Positions 14,460-25,655 of a stretch of DNA of 64,000 bases are shown piece after piece; within the stretch, counting starts at the first letter, position 1; every line of letters begins with the position of its first letter. Source of the DNA: Octopus vulgaris. Taxonomy: Eukaryota. The stretch spans positions 112,840,001 to 112,904,000 of the forward strand of contig OX597818.1 in the NCBI GenBank assembly GCA_951406725.2, written 5' to 3'. Both the position numbers and the translations under genes were made by a program. The notes under the pieces are model-generated. The model saw only the letters and a program-made list of their open reading frames with translations, was not told the origin of the DNA and searched no databases.

Positions 14460-15530
14460 TTTCAAAAATATCCCAAAGCAATTTTCCGAAAGTTAGGAGA
14501 CAATGGGGAAAATGCTGCTCCTGATGCAAATCAAGCCAATGAGTTCTGGAGTGGATTATAGGGAAACAATGCGGTGCATAAAATGGATGCAATATGGATA
14601 GGAACTATCAAGACAGAATTACAAGGAGGAAAGAAAGAAAGGAATATTGCCATAAGCACCTGTGATGTGAAAGAACAAGCGGGTAAAGTGCCTAACTGGA
14701 AAGCCCCCGGACCAGATGGGATTCATGGCTTCTGGCTGAAGAGATGCCACTTTGTGCATGAAAGACTAGCAGACCAATTGAATGAGTGTGTCCAGAAAGG
14801 TACAGTCCCTGCATGGATGGTGACTGGGAGGACGACACTTGTAATGAAAGATAGAAGAAAGAAAATATTGTGGGGAACTACCGCCACATTGTATGCCTAA
14901 ACATAATCTGGAAGACAGTCACTGGAATATGTGCAGCAAAGACATACACTTTCCTGGCACAGGGTGAAATATTACCAAGGGAAGAAAAAGAATATAGGAA
15001 GGGTTCTCAGGGTACCAAGGATCTCCTGGTCATCGATAAAACAGTTTGAGGCATTGTAAAAAAACATCACACAAACATGTCTATGGCTTGGACTGACTTT
15101 AAGAAGGCATATTATATGATGCCTCATTCTTGGATCGTTGAATGCCTGCAGATGTTCGGTGTTGCTGACAATATCACAAATTTTCTGATGCATTGCATGA
15201 AAGAGTGGAAAACCAAATCGTACTCAAGTAATGTATTCCTATATTCCTTGGAGAAGTTAATATTAGTAGTAGCAGCAGATAAAGTGAACATAATGTACCA
15301 GATAATTGACTTTACAGTTCCAAATGAAGACAAAACCAAATATGTGAGGTATAGAATTAGAGGATCTATGGAAAGTGCGGGTAAAATGTATCCCAGGTAT
15401 TATGAGTGTATTAGGAAGTATCCCGAAAGATTTGAGCAGATGGATAGAGGAAATAGGTATGAATCTAGTTTACTTCAGCTCCAGAAAACAGTGTGGTTAG
15501 GGGAGGCTAGGATACTTAGGGGGCTATATC
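14460..15530 (+). pseudogene. R4/Dong-type LINE reverse transcriptase fragment (frameshifted) plus C-terminal remnant
   Basis: KVPNWKAPGPDGIHGFWLK…PAWMVTGRTTLVMKD and MAWTDFKKAYYMMPHSWIVECLQMFGV are non-LTR RT domains 0-3 typical of the R4/Dong clade; flanked by (TAA)n. Confidence 0.85.
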
Positions 15531-15620
15531 GCATCTACAATTAATTGTTGTAGCCCGATGTTTGGAATTTTTCTTTTCAAACAGTCTAATCTGTCGTGTG
15601 TATTTGAGTAATAATAATAA

Positions 15621-15647
15621 CTAGCTGAACCCGTGAGAAATTCACGG
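15621..15647 (-). mobile_element. Helitron-like 3' terminus
   Basis: Minus strand CCGTGA-ATTTC-TCACGG hairpin followed by GTTCAG-CTAG and T. Confidence 0.5.
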
Positions 15648-15780
15648 AAAACAAAAAATGTAAGCATCGGTAAACAGTGCACTGGTGCCATGAGAAATGT
15701 TTGCATATTATGACCATCTGTCTTTACGTTCTGACTTCAAATTCTGCCGAGGTCGACTTTGCCTTTCGTCCTTTCAGGAT

Positions 15781-16375
15781 CAAGCGTTAAGGAATTGACA
15801 ACATTACCGATAGCGACAAATGCATAATGTGAGATGAGAAGGGTGAAACAGTATGGGACATCGTAAGCGAATGCTCAAAATTAGCACAACATTAATATAA
15901 TCGACGCCATGACAATGTAGCGAGAATCATCTATTGGAAACTCCACATGGAGCGAATACGAGGTACGAAGAAACCCCAGAAGGAGTCACCGAAAATGATA
16001 TCTTCAAAATTTAGTGGGGATGTAATGATCCAGTGCGATCACCTGACTAGAAATAGGAAACCGGACAATGTTATGGGGAATAAAAATATGTGTGATAATC
16101 GACTTAGCATGCAACAGGATCGATGCGAAAGAAGAAGGAAAAATAAACAACTATGACAATTTAAAGTGAGAAATACGAAGCTTGTGATCAATGAAAAGAG
16201 TAGACTTGATGCCAATAGGAATTGGTGCATTTGGAAGTATCAGCACTCAACTACCAACATGGCTGAAAAAGATTGGTGCAAGTGTGAAGGTAGAAAACCT
16301 ACAAAAATCAACATTGCTCGGAACTGCAAGAATTCTTCGCAGAGTTATTGAAGCATGACCAGGAAACAAATGTTA
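15781..16375 (+). pseudogene. R4/Dong-type LINE C-terminus (CCHC plus restriction-like endonuclease), decayed
   Basis: GETVWDIVSECSKLAQ…HDNVARIIYWKL; WDVMIQCDH…RKPD; …IGIGAFGS…KSTLLGTARILRRVIEA*. Confidence 0.8.
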
Positions 16376-16399
16376 CCTTCGTCTGCTGGCTGATAATAA

Positions 16400-16920
16400 T
16401 AAGTCCCGTTGCAGTACCAGGCAGTTGCTCTCATGGCTTCTGATATTAACTGATTGGAAGTGTTATCATGTACATTGGTTTGTCTTGGTATAAAAGATGG
16501 GCTACAGTAAATATTCTGTTCAAGATTTGCTTGTCAGTTGTTTGACCTTAACCAGTTGAGCATGTCCCTTAGTGGCTGACGATATGTCCATCTCTGATCA
16601 CGAGCAGAAGTATTTGGGGAGCATCATAGCCATGTGTTGACAGGGATTCTTTGGGGTTTGGATAATTCACCTTTGGAATTATCTTAAACAACCCTCATTC
16701 AGGGTCATTTTGAGCGGCATCGACTCAAATTTTTAACTAGTCCCTACCTGCACGGCTACGTGCTATTTATCTTGATGTGAAATCTGCATGTCGCTCACAT
16801 AGATGTGACACGTGTGCTTATTATACCCTTATCAGAAGGGTATTCATGGTGTGTATATTGGGCTTCGTATGCCCTGGTGTCATTTTGATGGCATACATTG
16901 CTCTCCCACTCAATAATAAT
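16400..16920 (+). mobile_element. Non-coding interspersed repeat family E, longer copy flanked by (TAA)n
   Basis: About 520 bp, preceded by gataataataa and ending cactcaataataat; second copy at 14205-14380. Confidence 0.65.
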
Positions 16921-16934
16921 GACATTTATGATAC

Positions 16935-17380
16935 GTTTTCCTTTGTTAACCACTAAGGGTTCACAAACGACTAAACTTGGGGACGATACAAGACACTTCA
17001 ATGTGGAGTTATATAAAATAGAACGTGTAAATACTGAAAATCTTGAAAATAATTATAATACTGAAAACAATCCCAAAAGAGGGAATACCTAATGCTGCTC
17101 GTGGAAGCCTCTAAAAGAAAGGATGCCCAGACCACTAGAGCAACTGCCCTCTCCTTATTACCTAGAGTAGGCCCATTCACTCAGACCAATCTTTCCATAT
17201 TCATCCTCCTTTCAACATAATTCCTGTGTGGCAGCACTCTACTCTCAATAAGGTAAAACGTGGTAAGTGCAGAGTATGCAATCAGAAAGTGTAACGCGTC
17301 ATACGTATAAGTTTCTGTACTTCTTTGGCGCTGAAGTATTGACGCAGACGCGATTGTTTGGTCAAACAAATAGGAGTTGA
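16935..17380 (-). mobile_element. LINE 3' end (L1/Tx1-like ORF2 C-terminal remnant plus 3' UTR)
   Basis: Remnant IESRVLPHRNYVERRMNMERLV*VNGPTL; terminal tttcctttgttaaccactaagggttcacaaacgac…ggggacgataca resembles 20463-20535. Clade assignment is from recollection only. Confidence 0.45.
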
Positions 17381-18559
17381 AGAAGGCAGAAGATAGGACG
17401 AGAGGATGTCATGAGGGGTGATCACTTTAAGGTGTTATGGGATTTTACTGCACAGCCTGACCACAAGCTAACAAATATCTGTCTGATCAAGAGAGAAAAA
17501 AATGCATCATCTTACTTGTTGTTATATCTGCGGACATGGATGTCACAACAACATAGAATTATTAGTCTGTTAAAATCAATTCCCATTATTTACTCTACGT
17601 CATTCTTATCTCAATCTTCATTTACACCGGTTGAATATTTTATTTCGAATATAGAGCCGTTTTCATCACGAATATTGTTATTTCCATTTTTTAGCACAGA
17701 ACAAAAAAAATCACTTATTTGATACATATTAAACCGACGAGAATTTTGAAACACTGGAGATATATGAATGTCAGAATGTGCATATTTATTTATAACGTCA
17801 TTTTATATTCAGCATTTTAGGTTTAAAATCAAATTGCATTGTTTATCTTCATATAAACGGTTGAGGCAGAGGGAAACATTAAAAAATGCTGCAGGAAGAA
17901 ATAAATAGTTAAAAGGAAAAGTAACTCATTTTCTATGGTAGAATGGGGAAAAAAAGCTTTAAATGCAACATAAATAGTAAATACATTTGATTTCACAGAT
18001 TTATTTTCCCTCCTACAGTTGCATAATGTATTAGAAATAAGAATCGAAAGACACCGCTACTAAATAAATACATAACAAACTTTCTCCTGAAATATTTCAC
18101 AGAAATAATGTCAGAGAACAACATTTTGTGAGTGAAATATACACATATGAAATCTGAAATAAATCTATAAAAAATAGCTGCGTGTTGTTTATTAAAACAC
18201 TGCCATGTGTGCGTCAATACACAACCCGGAATATGTTGAATGTCATTGTTTTTACGGATGCTTTTGCGTTAGAAAATGTGCTCCTTTTAACAATCCAACG
18301 CCGTACGGTCTGTATATACTTATGCTAGTTTACACTTATCTTACTATTCGTTGATCATGAAGACTACGACTAAAAGATATTCAAAGTGTACAAGAAGAAT
18401 ATTTGCATGCGTTTGCAGACTAATAGAAACAACTTTTATGTAAGTCATACGATGCCATTATAACGTCAATAAATGTTTCTCTTTCATCACATTCTACCGT
18501 TTACTTTTACAAACTATTTTCTAATAAAATCTTAACTGTCAGTACTGTAAGGATGGCAG

Positions 18560-18820
18560 AGTTCTATATTTAAGAGATGTGAAATTATGTACATTTGACG
18601 GATATTTGTCCTCATCTTGTTTGTTGCTAACGCAACGTTTCCGCTGATATACCCTCCAGCCTTCTTCAGGTGTCTTGGAGGAATTTGGAACCTGGGTTCT
18701 CATTCCAAAGGTATTTTTCGATGTTTTTATTATTATCATCATTATCATTATTGTTCAGGTCACTGCTTGGAATCGAACTCGGAATATTGGAGCTCCTAGC
18801 CCGTGCTCTTAACCATATGA
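18560..18820 (-). mobile_element. SINE family D: tRNA-like head plus hammerhead-containing body
   Basis: Minus strand tggttaagagcacgggc… (A-box), gagttcgattcc (B-box), an (AAT)-rich linker, then ACAC-CUGAAGA-A-GGCUG…CAGCG-GAAAC-GUU-GCGU at 18628-18675. Confidence 0.75.
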
Positions 18821-18849
18821 GCAGCATATGAGCAGCCATATGAGCAGCA

Positions 18850-18912
18850 TATGATTGATTGATTGATTCTAGTTTCAGCTTATGAGCTGTGGCCATGCTG
18901 GGGCACCGCCAT
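18850..18912 (-). mobile_element. CR1/L2-type LINE extreme 3' end with (AATC)n tail
   Basis: gattgattgatt-ctagtttcagcttatgagctgtggccatgctggggcaccgcc matches 56470-56511. Confidence 0.7.
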
Positions 18913-18990
18913 TACATATGGGAATCGGTATTAAGGAAAGATAGAAAAATATTAGATTTATAAGCGCTAGAATTCAATCCATAATTCCCA

Positions 18991-19188
18991 TGGGCATATG
19001 GGCGAGAGCTACTAACCCCAAGATTCTGAGTTCGATTCCAAGCAGTGACATGAACAATAACAATAATAACATCGAAAACTACCAAGACACCCGAAGAAGG
19101 CAGGAGGTTATATCAGCTGAAACGTTTTGTTAACAACAAACAAGATGAGAACAAATATCCGTCGAATGAAAATAATATAAATAATGTA
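18991..19188 (+). mobile_element. SINE family D, second copy (inverted relative to the first)
   Basis: B-box gagttcgattcc at about 19028-19039; ACAC-CCGAAGA-A-GGCAG…CAGCU-GAAAC-GUU-UUGU at 19087-19130; tail aacaaacaagatgagaacaaatatccgtc is shared with the first copy. Confidence 0.75.
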
Positions 19189-20460
19189 AGGATCGCAGTT
19201 TACTTACGAATTGTCTTATGTGAGTAAAATTGCGTCGAAAGAAACTGTTTGGAATCCTATGACATAGAGATAATGTAGCTATGATTCGAATTTGTGTCTC
19301 GGTGAGATATTGAGTTTTCCAGAGTACAAAGTTGAGTTGACATGTCTGTGGGCCACGCAAACACTATACCTTAGTTGAACGAATTGGTATTTTTCTGATT
19401 TGAAATATTAGTTGTGTAATTATTGATCAACAGTCTTCCAGCAAACAATTAATATATTAACATTTTCCGACTGTTATTTACATAATTTCCGAAAATACGG
19501 AACATTATATTTGATTCCACAATACTACTGAGCAGTATCACGAATACAAGTTCTCTTTGTTACGCATCGATTTTTAGGATTATTTGTCTCTATCATCAAG
19601 TAAAGAATAGCTGGTGCGTATTTTGCGAGAACATTCGTTTTCCATTGGCCTTCTTCCCTTGCGGCATGTCTTATTATTCATTTTTGCGTTGCTAAAACCC
19701 GTTTTATTTTTCTTATTATCAATTCATGCATACGTCCATTATGATCAAGGTAATACCTTTGTGTATTTCCTACTGGTTTCTCTCTTGACGGCGGAACCCT
19801 TCTATCCTATAACAATGAGGAATGCGGTGGAAAATAAGCTGCCAGCGTCTTGAAGGTCATGCTACCAGCATTAGAATGAAAAGTTCTACGTATATCTACG
19901 TGGTCTAATCAATGCATGTCATTTGTTGCGATCCTTGTGATGTATAACCAACCAATTAATATCTTATTAGCCCCTTGACTTTTCTGATACAATAAGCAAT
20001 AGTTTTTACCATGCTAATTCGGCTTCCGCCATCCTGAATACGTTTGTATTAAGGAGATTCACCCTTACTAAATATATCTAGTTCCAACCAAAACCTGAAT
20101 ATTCTCCTGTCTGGAGGTTCACCAGGTAATGGTGAGTTGAGGTATATGAGGTGTGTTGTTTTTGTTTTCCTGAAAGCTTCAATATTTCTCAAATTTAGTT
20201 TGCCTTATAGATTACATCAACCCGATTACACATTACAACAACATCCACAGACTTTCGCGTAATAAAATACTTTATGAACTGCATGGATTCGCTTGAAAGT
20301 AAACATAAATATAAAAATTGCGATATTTTCTAATAATATTGCAAGTACGTAATTTGATTTCAAGCCGCTGTTGTAACAATTTAATTTGAATAATTCTGCG
20401 CAACAACAATATAAAAAACAAGTAAATGTACTTAATATTCTTCAAATGCTACATTCAACC

Positions 20461-21890
20461 TGTTTCTTTATTAGCCACAAGGGTCCAACATAGACAAACA
20501 AGAATAGACAGGACACCACAGAGGGGACAATACATAAATCGAATATGAATGAGATGATTATATAACAACAAGGTTATGAATGGTTGCATGCGCCCCTCAT
20601 CACATGTAGTACCATTAATCTTTTTTTTTACTAGTCTACTATTATCAGGTATTTACATAGCAATTAATTATCGTGTTACATACCATTGCGAGTATTTGAA
20701 CCCTTATATACATCCTCTAGAATTGTTCTTATATTTTTCAATATTTTTTTAAACATAGCATAAAACATTTTACTCTTTCTTTTTTCCTTTTTTCTCCTTT
20801 TTCTTCCCTCTCAATTTAACATACTTATTTTCTTTTTAGTAGCACTTCATCAATGGTTCAATTTCTATTAAATCCACTACTGATGGCAATTCTTTGAATT
20901 CCAACCTTACTCCTGCTGGGTCAATATTATCTCCATACATTTCTTCCAATTTCTTATAATTTTCCTTTTCGATTACTATCGCCTTCATATCCTTTATATT
21001 TCAAAGGGCCAGGCTTGTCACACTCTGTTTTACGCTGTATCTCCCCGAGAACAACGTGTCTGCTCCGTTGATTGCATCAACTGGAACCTTCGTCCTCGTA
21101 ACCGACGGTACTTTCACTCTTACTATTTCATTAAACTTGACTATCTTCTTCTCTGTTTCTACATTCTTTGGGTATCGCACGTAATACCATACACCGTTTC
21201 CTTTAATTTTCTTTCCTTTATTTGGAACTCTTTGTTCTCTCTGTTCCTCCTCCACTCTAAACAGTCTCTCCATCTCCTCTTCGGCCAGTTGAATTTCTGA
21301 ATCCTTTTCCACCGGAACAACTGGTATCTTTACTTGTAGCTCCACTTTCTTTTTACTTGCTTTCTCTGTCACCCTTTTTGTCTTCCTTCTTGCTGGCCTC
21401 CTTCACAGTTTCTTTTCTCAGGTCTCCTCTCTTCTTTTACTGTTTCTCTGGCAGAGAACCTAGCCCTCCGCTCCTCCTTCTGTTTTTTACCACAGTAAAA
21501 TCATCCTCTGTTTCTTTTTCCTTTGTCTCGACCTGTTCTACTTGGTCAACGCCCTCTTGTCTCTCCACCTGCTCCGCTTCTTGCTTTTTCTGGGTGCACC
21601 ATGCCTTCATGTGGCCCTTTTCTCCGCATGAAAAGCATATCGGCGGCCTACCCTCGTAATTCTCAGTCTTACATCTCCTGGGAGGACAATCTCTTCCACC
21701 ACACTGTTCAAATCCTCCACTGTTGCCTGTATAGTCAGTTCAATTCCAGAACCCCAGTAGTCGACCTTCAGAATCTTTCCTTCTTTCATAGTATACAATA
21801 TGGCTAACATCAGCAATGCCTCCTTCAGTTCGGGTGGCACCTTACCCACTTGCACCCAGAATGCTACATACAACTGTTACGATAAATATT
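20461..21890 (-). mobile_element. gag-like ORF1-only retroelement (frameshifted) with intact CCHC zinc knuckle and 3' UTR
   Basis: VGKVPPELKEALL…YWGSGIELTIQ… then, after a frameshift, EGRPPICFSCGEKGHMKAWC. The ORF remnant ends …LPSVVDLIEIEPLMKCY* near 20837 and the tail ends …cccttgtggctaataaagaaac at 20461. Confidence 0.8.
20999..21111 (+). mobile_element. SINE family C 3' fragment inserted antisense into the gag-like ORF
   Basis: tttcaaagggccaggcttgtcacactctg…tcaactggaaccttcgtcctcgtaaccgacgg matches the reverse complement of 23672-23801. Confidence 0.85.
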
Positions 21891-21903
21891 CTTGTAGAAT
21901 ACC

Positions 21904-22134
21904 TATTTCTTTACTACCCACAAGGGGTTAAACAAAGAGAGAACAAACAAGGACAGACAAACGGATTAAGTCGATTATATCGACCCCAGTGCGTAACTGG
22001 TACTTAATTTATCGACCCCGAAAGGATGAAAAGCAAAGTCGACCTCGGCGGAATTTGAACTCAGAACGTAACGGCAGACGAAATACGGTTACGCATTTCG
22101 CCCGGCGTGCTAACGATTCTGCCAGCTCGCCGCC
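21904..22134 (-). mobile_element. SINE family A, young full-length copy with 15-bp TSD
   Basis: TSD ttcttgtagaatacc at 21889-21903 and 22135-22149; A-box/B-box-like head. Confidence 0.95.
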
Positions 22135-23284
22135 TTCTTGTAGAATACCCTCAGTATTGTAATATATGGCAGCGAAAATTCAAGTGTGTCACAGTCTTAT
22201 GTTAATTTAACTGCAGCACCTATCATTTGACCTTCAACAGGATTTACAGCACATCGTCACTGAAACATATGCATAAAATTAACAAGAAAATACAATTGGA
22301 GAGACGTAACTCTATGCCAATAATATCAGACATTTTCAATTCAACTAACATAAACATATTTTCTGTTAATTAACTGGACTTAAGGAAAACGTATTACACA
22401 GGGGTGTTGGTGAGACTTTCACGAACTGTACATACCGTCTCTTGGAACAACTATAAAAAGGAAGAGAAAGAATAAAAATCTGAATGAAAAATATATTCAA
22501 AGATCAAATATAAGTCTTAAATTTGAAAACAATCTTTTTGGTGGCATGAACGTAAAAATTTCAGTTAGATTCTGGACCCTACATGGCAACTTTGCAACCA
22601 AATTCTACAAATTCTATTACAATAGTAAAATATTTCTGATTCTTACAGAGAACGAATGAACGCTAAAAACTGTTAGCTTAGGGAGTAAGACGATTCAAGA
22701 TAGAATCTAAAAGATACGAAGTGATAGTGACATCCAACTGGTTGTTATAACCTTTGCATTTCTTTCTTTTAGATTTCAGTTGGGTTTTTTTATATTGCAA
22801 ACAGCTGGAGAAAGTTTCAGTTTTGTTTCTAAGATATTCTCTCACATTTTCTGGAACAAATTTCCTCCTGCTTGCTGATAATGTAGATTATTTGATAGCT
22901 GTGGAATTGCTTCTTCCTGCTATACTTCTTTCACTTTTAAACAGGGTCTTTGTAGGTGTCCTTACCAACGAGCTAACTTCCAACTGTGAATGATTGCACT
23001 TTCGCAGAATTCAATCGATATCAAGAAATTCTTTACATCCTTCCATTCACCATGAATAACATAAACAGTTACATCTTTAAATACTCAAGATATATTTGTT
23101 CGATAATCTATTTCCTCTTCCGTTATGATTGCGAAGTCGATAGAAACATGGAATTACGTGTTATCCCTTTCAAACAATTCAACGTGACTTAATTCTCTTC
23201 GAGGCTTATGTCATTATTTTGCATCTTCAAACCGTCGCTTCATGCCAAAATCTTCAAGTCAAATTCCAATAAGGTGTAGATTTT

Positions 23285-23650
23285 ATCTTTTATAGTTTAC
23301 CTGTTTCAATCAATAGTCTGGGGCCATGCTGGGGCACAACCTTGGCGAATTTTTTAGTGGAGTGACTCGACCTCATTGCCTATAGTACTTATTGTATCAG
23401 CCTGTCTCACCGAACTGCTAAGTTACAGGGAGGTAAAAACACCAACATCGGTTGTCAAGCAGTTGTTGGGAAAAAGACTGCCACACACTCATATGTGGCA
23501 GACCTCTTTCAGTTTCAGTCTTCTAAATCCATTCACTCTACTATAGCGTCGGCCCGAAGTTATTGTAGAAGACATATGCCTAAGATGCTACACTGGGACT
23601 GAACCCAGAACCATGTGATTGAGAAGCACAGTTCTTACCACATAGCCACG
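23285..23650 (-). mobile_element. SINE family B, diverged full-length copy
   Basis: Matches the reverse complement of 53270-53672 throughout. Confidence 0.8.
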
Positions 23651-23671
23651 CATTGATATTTCAATGATCAT

Positions 23672-23997
23672 GGCACTCCGTCGGTTACGACGACGAGGGT
23701 TCCAGTTGATCCGATCAACACAGCAGACATGTGTACCCTTAACGTAGTTCTCGGGGAGATTCAGCGTAACACAGAGTGTGATAAGCCTGGCCCTTTGAAA
23801 TACAGGTATAACAGAAAAAAAAGAGAAATTTGTAGTGAAAGTGTACCGCAGGGTTCACCACTGCATCCCCTGCCGAAGCCTCGTTGTGCTTTAAGTGTAT
23901 TCGCTCAAAAAACACTCACAGCGCCCGGTCTGGGAATCGAAACCGCGATCCTACAACTGCGAGGCCGCTGCCATAATCACTGGGCTATTGCGCCTCC
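23672..23997 (-). mobile_element. SINE family C, full-length tRNA-derived SINE
   Basis: Minus strand ggaggcgcaatagcccagtgat… (A-box) and ggtttcgattccc (B-box); second copy at 55850-56223. Confidence 0.85.
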
Positions 23998-25489
23998 ACT
24001 TTCAGTAATAATATATATATATATATATGTTACGTTTAAGGTACAACATTTCATTTCTTTTATTTCACACCTGAAATAATTTTCGCTTGGAACAAATAAT
24101 GTACAATATCTATAATTCGAAGTTTTTTGTGTGGAGTGTAAGGTATCAAGCCAGAGGTCAATATAACCACATTATATACGTAAGCCCATTCAATCAGGCA
24201 TTACCCATATTGGATACAATATTATTTATTAGTCATATTAAGTGAGCTTTCAGAAAACAATTAAATTTGATAGATAACCATGACATTTAACGTCTTTGCT
24301 TAAAACGAAATCTGTTACCTCGAAAGTGAGCCGTAAACATGTCACAAATTTTGTTTCATTGGTTCCGTAGGATGACACCAGTTTTGTAAATTTTTTCTTA
24401 TAAAGGTGGAATAAAACAGATCATTATTGTTGGAGAAATCGATTCCCTGCTCAAGTAACTGTCGACATAAGGATCCTGCAAGGGACAAAATGAACATTAA
24501 ACTCTGATGCATTTTCGGCATAAACCATGCAAAAAAATGCATTCGAGGTCGATATATCATTTATTGAATTTAAACTACCGACTGGAATCCATTTTAGTGT
24601 AGTCACGCTTGGAATGTGCTTGGTGTAAGTGATTATCCATTATTGGTACCAAGTTAGACTTTTTTTAGTTGCATTTATATATTTGTAAACAGTTATTGAT
24701 TGAAGACAGTATAAGTAATGAAAATTTTGTTTCAAACGCCAATCTGATGTGTTATCGTATCACACGGTTTCAACTAGATGTATATAATCACTATACTTTA
24801 GTAAAAGCAGGTAAATTAATGTTGCATTAATGTTATATAAATACACTAGTCACCATCAAAGCTACGTTTATCACGATAGATTTTTTTCTTCTCTACAAAA
24901 TTCCCAAAAGCCACCGATTACATGATTTTATTTTAAACTGACATAAAAGTACTCCGGTCCAATCATCTTATTGATTTCAAGTACTTTTTTATGTACCAGA
25001 TGTATGATTTAACTTCAAACTTTTGTACTGCTGGTTGGGAACGGCGCCAACGTTCTGTCAAAGATATTTCACTATACTTTTATGCTAACTGAATTTGTTT
25101 GCTTATATTTTTTTTTAAATTTTCTTTCTAAATCTTTTCATAACCAGGACTTTCATTTCTAGTTCCTCTTTTAGAAGTCACTCATGATGTAATAAATGGC
25201 ATATTTCTTTTAGAATGCACTCGAATTGATTATGTCACTCTTATTCAAACGCTGTAAATGGGGTATAAATTCTTAATGGTGGAAGAATTTTCGTTTTATC
25301 TACGAGTCTTTTATTCTAGTAGACGAAGTTAAATCTAAATATTAAGTATTTTGATATATGAAATAAAATAATAAAACGATATTTTTTTATAGAATGACGA
25401 AGCAAACTGGATTACGAATTAGATCACAGCAGAATTTGTATAAAACATAATGCGATCCTGATACTTTCAGTAATATAACGAGTCCAAAT

Positions 25490-25655
25490 ATTGCCGAGGT
25501 TGGCTTTACCTTTCATCCTTTTGTAGTCGATACCATAAGTACCAGTTACGCACTGGGGTCGATGTAATCGATTTAATCCGTTTGTCTGTCCTTGTTTGTC
25601 TGTCCTTGTTTGTCCTCTCTGTGTTTAGCCTCTTGTGGGTTGTAAAGAAATAGGT
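25490..25655 (+). mobile_element. SINE family A, 5'-truncated
   Basis: gccgaggttggctttacctttcatcc…gtttgtctgtccttgtttgtc…aaagaaatagg. Confidence 0.85.

Noticed and set aside
21001-21372. 123-aa ORF as an intact gene
   Set aside because: Chimeric: the N-terminal part is the gag-like relic and the last ~36 residues are antisense read-through of an inserted SINE-C fragment.
23920-23997. tRNA gene (also the heads of SINE-A, B and D)
   Set aside because: A/B boxes are present but there is no clean cloverleaf, and each head continues into a multicopy SINE body.
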